Shown here in pieces: positions 8,392 through 15,346 of a stretch of 43,188 nt of DNA. The stretch lies in UHGV virus genome UHGV-1381253; one strand, given 5' to 3'. A program made the translations under genes and the position numbers. The DNA is from a virus. The notes under the pieces are model-generated. The model saw only the letters and a program-made list of their open reading frames with translations, was not told where the DNA came from and searched no databases. Every line of letters starts with the position of its first letter. Within the stretch, counting starts at the first letter, position 1.

Positions 8392-10164
8392 TTAGTATCC
8401 AAAACCAAACTCACCACTATCTAGTAAGTCTTGCAATGTTGGTGCGTCATAATCGTGATATTGAGCGTCACTCATGGCATTTATTATGGCGTCAAGTGAG
8501 TCAATTTTATTCCTGTTTATTTGCTTATCAATTGCAACGCTATCATTGTATTCTTTAATCATTGCATTGTATGCTGCACGATTCAATAAAGGGTTATTGG
8601 TGTGCATTACTTCACCTCTACGAATTAACTCACGCAGGGCTCTGGTTGGTGAAGATAAATAGTTAATTTTCTGTGGTACTTCAATTAGTTTTTTAGGGTA
8701 GGTTTTACTTAGATTAATCAAAGCCTTATCCATCATAAATGGATCATAATAAATACCAACCAATTGTAAGTCATTATAATCTATGAAATCACGTATCCAA
8801 TCACACATTTCTTCTGTATCAATTAAGCCATCTTCACGTTGTGAGATGTGAATGAGGTTCATTGCCTCATACTGTCTATAGGGTATTTTATCAATTGATT
8901 GTTTATGGTCTATACCTCCAACTGAAGACACAAAACCATGTGTATCTAATAATAGTTTGTGTTCTTCTTCTATTGGGATAATCCATGAAACGGCTGTCAT
9001 ATCTGATGTTCTTGCTAAGTCAATGCCAATATATACTTTTCTACCCTTAATATTATAATGATTGGGTGCTTTGACGGAATCCCACTCTTCTTTGGTTACA
9101 AAACTATCTTTAGATGATTGTACCCAAAAATTCATTTCTTTCGTTAACCAACCTGATAAATCCATTTTACCCTTGTATTCATCAAGTGAGTTGCGTTTAT
9201 GTTCCATCATTGAGTCGTATGCTTCTGGTATTTCAAACAGTGGGTTTGATTTAATCCAATTTTCTTCGTCATCTACTTCTGATAGACTATCCATTTCCCA
9301 GCAAAGAGCCAAATAAGCGTCACCTTTAACCTCTTCATTAAGTAATTTTTCAACGAATGGATATTCTACAGAGTGCATAGGCCCAGTTAGGTTTTTAGTA
9401 GTTGTTGAAATTATTAGTATTAATCCCTCTAATTGTTGAGATTGAGAGGATTCTAATACTTGAATAATTGCGTCATCTTTAGCTTCACCATATTCATCTA
9501 AAATACCGCATAATACATCTAGTCCATCAAGTGTATCAGCGTCACTTGATAGTGGTTTTACTGTTGATTCATCACTAGCTTCAATATCATATCTACGAAC
9601 AGTTGTTCTTTTTTTAACTTCTTTTGACACACTACGTAACGCAGTTAGCTGTGATTTGAGCATTCTGAAAACGATTCCTGCTTGCTCTTTTGTGTTTGCT
9701 GCTGCAACAACTTGACGACTGGCTGCTGGATTCTTACCAAACAAAAACTCATATAGTGCTATCCCTGAAACCAGTAACGACTTACCATTTTTACGTGCTA
9801 GTGAGATGTATGCTTTTCTAAAGCGTCTAGTATTATCTTTCTTTTTACGCCATCCATAGAGTAACCCAACAATAAATTTCTGAAAGTGGGCTAGTGTTGT
9901 GGTTTTGCGAGACTTAGGATCTGGAAGCATTTCAAGAAATCTAACTGGCGGTATTGCTTCCTCTGCCCTATAAATATATGGATATTTAGGGTCTTTTGAG
10001 CGTTCAATATCCTTCTGATGTCTTTCAATGGCTTTCTGTATTTTTTTACCAACTTTGATTTTAACTTTAATCGGTTTATAATAATCATCTTCTACTATAT
10101 ATTTACGTCCTTCAATCCATCCTGTTTCAATCAGATTGATATAATCTTGTACAAAGTCTTCCAT
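8392..10164 (-). CDS. terL: Terminase large subunit
   Basis: 590 aa. Walker A RKNGKS with the N-terminal ATPase domain, and a C-terminal nuclease region. Confidence 0.9.
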   Translation of the reverse strand: MEDFVQDYINLIETGWIEGRKYIVEDDYYKPIKVKIKVGKKIQKAIERHQKDIERSKDPKYPYIYRAEEAIPPVRFLEMLPDPKSRKTTTLAHFQKFIVGLLYGWRKKKDNTRRFRKAYISLARKNGKSLLVSGIALYEFLFGKNPAASRQVVAAANTKEQAGIVFRMLKSQLTALRSVSKEVKKRTTVRRYDIEASDESTVKPLSSDADTLDGLDVLCGILDEYGEAKDDAIIQVLESSQSQQLEGLILIISTTTKNLTGPMHSVEYPFVEKLLNEEVKGDAYLALCWEMDSLSEVDDEENWIKSNPLFEIPEAYDSMMEHKRNSLDEYKGKMDLSGWLTKEMNFWVQSSKDSFVTKEEWDSVKAPNHYNIKGRKVYIGIDLARTSDMTAVSWIIPIEEEHKLLLDTHGFVSSVGGIDHKQSIDKIPYRQYEAMNLIHISQREDGLIDTEEMCDWIRDFIDYNDLQLVGIYYDPFMMDKALINLSKTYPKKLIEVPQKINYLSSPTRALRELIRRGEVMHTNNPLLNRAAYNAMIKEYNDSVAIDKQINRNKIDSLDAIINAMSDAQYHDYDAPTLQDLLDSGEFGFGY

Positions 10165-10196
10165 TTATGTATCCTCCTTTTATACTATTCAATTAC

Positions 10197-10207
10197 ATTA
10201 TAGCATA
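10197..10207 (-). promoter_or_regulatory. Extended -10 promoter (TGcTATAAT) for terL, overlapping the upstream terminator U-tract
   Basis: Minus-strand sequence ttttttaTGCTATAATgtaattgaatagtataaaaggaggatacataaATG. Confidence 0.3.
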
Positions 10208-10239
10208 AAAAAGACTCCCTAGTTAGCTAGACTAGGGAG
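10205..10239 (-). terminator. Rho-independent terminator on the minus strand at the 3-prime end of the structured region
   Basis: Perfect 9-bp stem ctccctagt/actagggag with a 7-nt loop. It is followed on the minus strand by tcttttttat. Confidence 0.55.
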
Positions 10240-10299
10240 GTGTTAGTATCTGCTAGTATCCACGCCCTACGTTAAGTGGATACTAGCTTTATGTGTGCA

Positions 10300-10428
10300 C
10301 GTCATCAAATAGGGTCATACTATCACACTCTGCGCCAGATACTGTGGCGTGCGGTCGTTTACGTGCGCCGTTCACGACTGTTCAGTTTCCAACAGCAACC
10401 CTTTTTAACGTGGAGTGTGGTGAACCAC
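10300..10428. repeat. Copy A of the internal duplication inside the structured region
   Basis: Shares gtcatactatcac, ggtcgtttacgtgcgccgt, cacgactgttca and acagcaaccctttttaacgtggagtgtggtgaaccac with copy B. Confidence 0.8.
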
Positions 10429-10558
10429 GATTGCTCGCTGACGGTTAAGGTTTCCAACTCCGTCACAGTGCAAAGTATGGATACCGTCCCATACAGACCA
10501 ACGCTAGGCTAACCCGCCTGCGGGGGGACGTGAGTGACTAACTGCTTTGTCGTGCTTG

Positions 10559-10699
10559 TCGTCAAAGAGGGTCATACTATCACGCATTCGCTAGACACTA
10601 TAGCGAGCGGTCGTTTACGTGCGCCGTCCACGACTGTTCATTGGATATACAATGATATCCTAACAGCAACCCTTTTTATCGTGGAGTGTGGTGAACCAC
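10559..10699. repeat. Copy B of the internal duplication inside the structured region
   Basis: See copy A. One stem differs by a compensatory pair: cgcca/tggcg in A against cgcta/tagcg in B. Confidence 0.8.
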
Positions 10700-11025
10700 T
10701 GTGTGGTGTCCTACCTGGACAGATTCAGTATCAGGACTATGACGAGATAGCCAACGTTTCCTCTTAGGAGCTAAGGTTTCCAACTCTCCTAACGGTTGTT
10801 ACCCATAAGGTACTGACTGGAGTCAACGCTCTAAGTCGCAGCCAACGTTTTGTGTATGTCATTCTTTGAGGAATAAGAAATATACACTACCTTATATGTA
10901 CCGCTGTGAGCTAAGGTTTCCAACTCTCACACCGTTACTCATCAGAGTAAGTTTTAGCATCCCTCGCTTGCGGTGTCACGAGAGGTATTTTGTATGCCAC
11001 CTAACGCGAGTGAATAAATTATAAT

Positions 11026-12045
11026 TTAAAACTCACGTACCATAAACAACTTTTCGCACTTCTTGCCAACGTTAGCTCCTTGCATTGTAGATACCACGTT
11101 ATCAAAAGAATAAACACATTTGAATCTTTTATCTGATATCTCATAACTGCTTATGATAACCACGTTATCCTTAGCCATTTCATATGCCCAATCATAAAAT
11201 TCTTGGCTGTTGAACGATACACCGTAGGCATCGTGTGTATTTTCATATGGCGGGTCAAGATATAGAATAGCGTCTTTGACGTAAGAAAAGTCTTGATAAC
11301 TTAGGTTAGTTATAACTAGTTGTTCTAGTCGCTCTAGTCGCTCTACTTGGTGTAGCGGCTCTAGTTGCTTTAGTCGCCCTAGTTGCTGTAGTATCCTATG
11401 TTTCTCTGGTTTATCCTTAAAATCGGCAAAGTCATTGTTCTGGTTAGTTACGTTAGTTTTATAAGTTTCGGTTTGTTTATATCCGCTAAATACATCATGT
11501 TTTGCTATGATTTCTTTAGCTAAATTGTATTTTAATTCAGAATTTTGTTTTGAATATAGATAACCGCTACTATTATTTCCAAAACTGTTTATCAATAATT
11601 TTAAGTTGTCCGTGACGGTTTTTATTGCTTTTTCCTTAATCTCATAAAACTCATCACGGCTTATGATAAGGGTTTTAAGATAATCTCTATCGCTTTCTAG
11701 CACTTTGGTGAACATATCCGTTACATTCTTGTTTATATCGTTGTAATTGACTTCTAAGCCTTGTAACAAACACTCAGCAGTTATAGCCCCGCCGCCACCG
11801 AAGATGTCGTAAATTGTTTTGTCTGTTCCAAAGTTATCTTTGATAATTTGCACGATTTTCTTACTGATTTTCTTTTTTGAACCCACGTATGGAAGACCAA
11901 GAGCCTTACCTTTACGGACTGCTTTTTCGTTTAACTCTAGCAAAAAGTTGCCACCTCTCTTTTCCTTAATTGAAACAGTCAATCTGTTAATTATTATATC
12001 ACAAAATCCGACTTTTGTGATAATGGTGTATCTAATGTTTACCAC
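11026..12045 (-). CDS. DNA N6-adenine methyltransferase (Dam-like, D12 class)
   Basis: Motif X LPYVGSKKKISKKI, motif I DIFGGGGAI, motif IV YLDPPY, and the C-terminal VVIISSYE block. Located between terS and terL. Confidence 0.8.
   Translation of the reverse strand: MVNIRYTIITKVGFCDIIINRLTVSIKEKRGGNFLLELNEKAVRKGKALGLPYVGSKKKISKKIVQIIKDNFGTDKTIYDIFGGGGAITAECLLQGLEVNYNDINKNVTDMFTKVLESDRDYLKTLIISRDEFYEIKEKAIKTVTDNLKLLINSFGNNSSGYLYSKQNSELKYNLAKEIIAKHDVFSGYKQTETYKTNVTNQNNDFADFKDKPEKHRILQQLGRLKQLEPLHQVERLERLEQLVITNLSYQDFSYVKDAILYLDPPYENTHDAYGVSFNSQEFYDWAYEMAKDNVVIISSYEISDKRFKCVYSFDNVVSTMQGANVGKKCEKLFMVREF
11326..11406. repeat. In-frame tandem repeat, 9 bp x 9 units, inside the MTase TRD
   Basis: Units: ctagttgtt ctagtcgct ctagtcgct ctacttggt gtagcggct ctagttgct ttagtcgcc ctagttgct gtagtatcc. 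On the coding strand it encodes ILQ-QLG-RLK-QLE-PLH-QVE-RLE-RLE-QLV. Confidence 0.85.
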
Positions 12046-12091
12046 TCATTTGCTATAAATAGTATATCATAAACGTTTAGTTTAGTGTAGG

Positions 12092-12556
12092 TTATCCTTC
12101 AAACATTTTTGCGAATGGGTCAAGTACCTCTTTTTCTTTCTCTGCTGGAAGAATAATCTTCATTCTTGAATTGATTGTTAATCCCAGGTCATTGGTTGCC
12201 GTTTTAAGCTCTTTTGAATAGGAGTTCATGGCATTAACCCAAGGGTTTGCTTTACCTGTCTCAGGATCAATTGCGCCCATCTGTGCTACCTTCTCTACTG
12301 CTTCAGCGTATAGATAATTATAGTTACAATATCTAATGACTGTATTCACATCTAACTCACTAATAGGCAAGTCTCCTACATATGCTCCAATGCGATCCCA
12401 TTCATTAAAGGCTTGTGGCAATAAACCTGGTGGATAAAAACTGAAGTCTAGCTTCTCATAATTGTAAAGTACTTCTTCCTCCTTCTCACGCTCTTCTCGT
12501 TGCTGAGTGGTCAAGTTACCACTTTGAGCGTTTAATAATTTCCGTGGTCTTGCCAT
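12092..12556 (-). CDS. terS: Terminase small subunit (P27-family-like)
   Basis: 154 aa, immediately upstream of the packaging genes. N-terminal basic region and a typical TerS size. An HNH endonuclease and candidate cos region lie upstream. Confidence 0.7.
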   Translation of the reverse strand: MARPRKLLNAQSGNLTTQQREEREKEEEVLYNYEKLDFSFYPPGLLPQAFNEWDRIGAYVGDLPISELDVNTVIRYCNYNYLYAEAVEKVAQMGAIDPETGKANPWVNAMNSYSKELKTATNDLGLTINSRMKIILPAEKEKEVLDPFAKMFEG

Positions 12557-12560
12557 GTTA

Positions 12561-12851
12561 TCACTCCTCCTTTGGTGCTTCTGTTTTTGTTAAAGTCCAT
12601 GTGTTTGTTTGGTAGTTCATGTGTAGGTTAAACCATTGTAGTAGGTCGTCACTATAACTAAACTCACTAGCTACTAGTGCTTCTAATGTGTGATGTTCAC
12701 CATGAACTCCTGAGGTTACGTAACTCTCTTCCATTTGATATACGTAGTAGACTTTGTCATTAATCATGAATTGTGGAGCTTGGGTTGCGCCTTCAACTCT
12801 TTGCACATATGTGCGATACTCTGTTTTGATAGTACCTTTTAAATTTTTCAT
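12561..12851 (-). CDS. Hypothetical protein (96 aa; start placed at MKNLKG with an AAAGGAGGA RBS)
   Basis: The ORF track gives 12561-12884. The internal ATG at 12851 has a strong RBS and overlaps the upstream stop. The protein ends TEAPKEE. Confidence 0.5.
   Translation of the reverse strand: MKNLKGTIKTEYRTYVQRVEGATQAPQFMINDKVYYVYQMEESYVTSGVHGEHHTLEALVASEFSYSDDLLQWFNLHMNYQTNTWTLTKTEAPKEE
12565..12584. repeat. 20-bp exact direct repeat, copy 1 (tcctcctttggtgcttctgt)
   Basis: Identical to 12857-12876. On the minus strand it encodes the C-terminal ...EAPKEE and doubles as the SD for the next gene. Confidence 0.85.
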
Positions 12852-12852
12852 T

Positions 12853-13035
12853 TTAATCCTCCTTTGGTGCTTCTGTAATTTCAAAATGACGATTACGTCC
12901 GCCTAATTTTGTTTTAACGTCCTTAAAATAGCCACGCTTCTTTCCATAAAATTCATCTGCTTGAAATTGTGATTTGAATTTACGTGTTTGTCCAGTCGCC
13001 AAATCTTTTACGTACACAGGTTTTGGTGCAGGCAT
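12853..13035 (-). CDS. Hypothetical basic protein (60 aa)
   Basis: GGGAGG RBS. Ends TEAPKED. First gene after the candidate late promoter. Confidence 0.5.
   Translation of the reverse strand: MPAPKPVYVKDLATGQTRKFKSQFQADEFYGKKRGYFKDVKTKLGGRNRHFEITEAPKED
12857..12876. repeat. 20-bp exact direct repeat, copy 2
   Basis: Identical to 12565-12584. Confidence 0.85.
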
Positions 13036-13100
13036 TTATTCTACCTCCCTTACTTTATTGTTAAGTCAAAAGCTAACTCCCTTATATAGCTTTATTATAT

Positions 13101-13137
13101 CATATAAAAAGAACCCTGTGTAGAGAAACCAGGGTTC
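13101..13137 (-). terminator. Rho-independent terminator on the minus strand
   Basis: Stem gaaccctg/cagggttc (8 bp) with an 11-nt loop. Followed on the minus strand by tttttatatg. Confidence 0.5.
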
Positions 13138-13140
13138 AAT

Positions 13141-13393
13141 GGTGTCTAATGGGGGATAAATCATATTAGGGAAATAACATACTATATATAGTATGAGTCC
13201 TTTATTTTCAATACAAGAAACCAGTTTTAAATCACGTTTACGAGGGGAAAAGGGTGTTTTTGAAAGTTCATTTTTAGAATTTCGTGCGAAGAAGAGGGGG
13301 CAGCGATTAATTCGTTATAAAAAGGCGGGCGGGTAAAAACATTTTGGGTCTCCCTAAAATAATTTTGGCTGCGTGGCTGTTGATATGACGCTG
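13141..13393. other. Candidate cos / packaging-recognition region
   Basis: Non-coding stretch between the HNH endonuclease and the terS-proximal genes. GC-rich runs: gagggggcagcg, aaaggcgggcgggtaaaaac, gggtctccc. Perfect 18-bp palindrome catactatatatagtatg at 13178-13195. The HNH-cos-TerS arrangement is typical of cos phages. Confidence 0.2.
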
Positions 13394-13777
13394 TTACCTA
13401 CCTCTATTTTTCCAACTGTAGTTGTGTTCTTCCTTGTTGTGACACTCGTAACATATTGATTCTAAGTTATTTAATTCAAGTCTATGTTTCCATCCATTTG
13501 GACTTCTTAATTCTATCTTATGGTGAACCATATTAGCGTTGGTATACTTGCCTTGTGCTAAGCATACCTCACAGAGTGGTTGCTCCATTAGCTTGGCTCT
13601 ACGTGCATTCCTCCATTGTGTTGAATGATAGAACTCACTGTACTTCTTATTGCTATCATTGTATCTCACATGCTTATTGTATTGGCTATTGTTATACCCA
13701 CTATGCTCCGTACAATAGCGCTCTGGTAGCGTGACATAGTTGCGGCATGAAGCCACTGCACACTTGCGTTGTCTCAT
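13394..13777 (-). CDS. HNH endonuclease (terminase-associated type)
   Basis: C-terminal CEVC...HHKIELRSPNGW...NNLESICYECHNKEEH matches the HNH motif, and the N-terminus carries a CxxC...YCxxH zinc ribbon. Confidence 0.85.
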   Translation of the reverse strand: MRQRKCAVASCRNYVTLPERYCTEHSGYNNSQYNKHVRYNDSNKKYSEFYHSTQWRNARRAKLMEQPLCEVCLAQGKYTNANMVHHKIELRSPNGWKHRLELNNLESICYECHNKEEHNYSWKNRGR

Positions 13778-13820
13778 GGTGTTGCTCCTTCCGTCTATTG
13801 TATAGAAGAAAAGACTACTA

Positions 13821-14030
13821 TTATTTAGTAGTCTTCTTTGTATTCATACTCTTGTTAGCTTTATCTAATAAGTCTAAGTGAGTTGTGTCTTGTAACGGTT
13901 TGACTGACTCAGGTTCTGGTAATGGATCAGGTACCTTTAAGCGTTTATGTTTGGTACAGTATTGTGCTGGTAGCTTAACTGTTTCGTTACATCCTTCGTG
14001 GTTGCAAAACATGTATGGCAAAAGAACCAC
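13821..14030 (-). CDS. Hypothetical zinc-ribbon protein (69 aa)
   Basis: N-terminal CNHEGCNETVKLPAQYCTKH parallels the N-terminal motif of the HNH protein. Confidence 0.45.
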   Translation of the reverse strand: MVLLPYMFCNHEGCNETVKLPAQYCTKHKRLKVPDPLPEPESVKPLQDTTHLDLLDKANKSMNTKKTTK

Positions 14031-14053
14031 CTCCCTTCAGTATTAAATACGTA

Positions 14054-14236
14054 CTAGAAATTATAGTCTTGTTTCTTACGTACAATCATGTTATGATTCT
14101 TTACTATCTCAATTGCTTCTTCAAGTGTTGGTTCTTTAGTCTTAGTTGCTACCTTTTGTAGTTTACTTTCTAACTCACGATACTCTTTTAAGAGGTCTGT
14201 TTTATTTAGTGCTAGTAGTTGTTTGTCTGTCTTCAT
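14054..14236 (-). CDS. Hypothetical protein (60 aa)
   Basis: ORF in the leftward small-gene cluster. Confidence 0.35.
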   Translation of the reverse strand: MKTDKQLLALNKTDLLKEYRELESKLQKVATKTKEPTLEEAIEIVKNHNMIVRKKQDYNF

Positions 14237-14384
14237 TACTTAAGTCCTCCAACCTATTCCCAAGATATAGTAAGGCTTCATTAATATCATAGGTGCGTAT
14301 TCCTTGTTGATAACTATCATTAACTTTTTGGTCAATACAATACATACCAGTTTCTTCATCTAACGTGATTTCAATCTTTTTCAT
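14202..14384 (-). CDS. Hypothetical protein (60 aa)
   Basis: ORF with an RBS-like sequence upstream. It overlaps its neighbours in the cluster. Confidence 0.35.
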   Translation of the reverse strand: MKKIEITLDEETGMYCIDQKVNDSYQQGIRTYDINEALLYLGNRLEDLSNEDRQTTTSTK

Positions 14385-14584
14385 TTACCCTTACCTCCTA
14401 ATAATAACCAGCTCCACACGATAACTAGTTGTGCGATTGCAAAACCCCAATCTCCTTGTTGGAATAATTCATATGGTAACTTCATGCCTAAATAGATAGC
14501 AATGTAACCGAAACCAATGATACTTATTACAAGTAGTAAGATACTAAGTGCAAGTGTTAATAGATCAATAAGATTATCTTTCAT
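14381..14584 (-). CDS. Hypothetical membrane protein (67 aa)
   Basis: GAGGAGGAGA RBS and two hydrophobic helices. First leftward gene after the control region. Confidence 0.45.
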   Translation of the reverse strand: MKDNLIDLLTLALSILLLVISIIGFGYIAIYLGMKLPYELFQQGDWGFAIAQLVIVWSWLLLGGKGK

Positions 14585-15058
14585 TATATCTCCTCCTCTT
14601 TGTTTCTATTATATCATAGATGAGGGATACTGTGTGAGTTAAGTAAGCCAGTTATTAATGACAAAAAGTCAGCCTAAAATGGTCATTTTGTCACTAAATC
14701 GCTTGTTTTTGTCAGCGTTTTGTCATTAATTTTGACACCTAAAAACGCTGTAAACCTTGATAAATCTACATTCTTATTTTTATAATGACAAAATGACAAA
14801 ATATTATATATATAAAAAAATAAATTGTAATACTACATTATAATGTAGTAACATAGATATATGGGTTGGAATAAATTATTTTTTGTCATTGCGTCATTTT
14901 GCTAAAACTGGTCTCATAAACGTTGATATAATAGTATTCTTGTTGTAAAAACTAGTGACAAAATTAATGTCACTGTTTTGTCACTAGTTGAATTAAATAG
15001 TTGACAGTTACCTCAATAGATGATAAAATTGGTTTATACATAAGAAGGAGGAATTAAC
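14585..15058. promoter_or_regulatory. Divergent control region with about 10 copies of TGACAAAA/TTTTGTCA iterons and a 20-bp perfect palindrome. Candidate operator array and/or replication origin.
   Basis: Motifs at about 14659, 14687, 14705, 14718, 14731, 14785-14802 (tandem atgacaaaatgacaaaat), 14881-14900 and 14954-14990 (agtgacaaaattaatgtcactgttttgtcact). Palindrome tactacattataatgtagta at 14831-14850. Very AT-rich. Confidence 0.5.
15001..15029 (+). promoter_or_regulatory. Early rightward promoter TTGACA-17-TAAAAT with an extended TG
   Basis: ttgaca gttacctcaatagatga taaaat, followed by the conserved leader cataagaaggagg and an ATG at 15059. Confidence 0.6.
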
Positions 15059-15343
15059 ATGGTTTTCAATATAATTGAGTTCAGTAATTATCAAGTAACT
15101 AAAGGAGGTATTGTATATAATAGATACAAAAAACCTACTAAACGGAAATGGGTTGGTAATAACATATACACAAAAATATACGATATTAATAATAAACAGC
15201 GCCTGGCAAGAGTTGATAAATTAGTCTATCAGACGTATGTACAAAATCCACCTTATGACTACGAATTAGAACATATTGATGGTGATGAGGCTAATTGTAA
15301 ATTAGAGAATTTAAAGTATATACCACTTAATAAGGAGGACTAA
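15059..15343 (+). CDS. NUMOD4 / HNH_3-type homing endonuclease-like protein (short, 94 aa)
   Basis: EFSNYQVTKGGIVYN matches NUMOD4. ELEHIDGDEANCKLENLKYI matches HNH_3. It lacks a C-terminal DNA-binding extension. Confidence 0.55.
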   Translation: MVFNIIEFSNYQVTKGGIVYNRYKKPTKRKWVGNNIYTKIYDINNKQRLARVDKLVYQTYVQNPPYDYELEHIDGDEANCKLENLKYIPLNKED

Positions 15344-15346
15344 ATC

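Larger units (their letters stand above)
10240..11025 (-). ncRNA. Large structured non-coding RNA candidate (~790 nt; possibly ROOL/GOLLD-like, unverified). Strand is inferred from the terminator orientation.
   Basis: GC-rich, ORF-poor island in an AT-rich genome. It has two paralogous ~130-nt copies. It has hairpins with conserved loops and compensating stem changes. An 11-bp perfect hairpin lies at 10249-10287. The only ORFs cross the two copies in different frames. Confidence 0.5.

Noticed and set aside
2109-9316. Antisense ORFs opposite the structural genes: 2109-2426, 5562-5807, 7401-7808, 8474-8662, 9062-9316
   Set aside because: Each lies opposite a long, well-supported minus-strand gene. 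No RBS.
9891-10203. ORFs 9891-10088 (-) and 10018-10203 (+) at the terL 5-prime end
   Set aside because: They lie out of frame or antisense within the terL N-terminal coding region and its promoter.
10276-10767. ORFs 10276-10512 and 10534-10767 in the GC-rich region
   Set aside because: Each spans one copy of the duplication, but they read the conserved blocks in different frames. No RBS. Conservation is at nucleotide and structure level, so I read the region as RNA and not protein.
10990-11010. CUGAUGA hammerhead-like heptamer on the minus strand of the structured region (plus-strand coordinates approximate)
   Set aside because: Flanking sequence does not form stems II/III with a GAAA junction. 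It is probably a chance match.
10165-11025. Group I/II intron or tRNA cluster as the explanation for the structured region
   Set aside because: The flanking genes (MTase, terL) are complete and uninterrupted. No P7-like or domain-V-like consensus, no RT ORF, and no tRNA T-arm (GTTCGAATC-type) motif was found.
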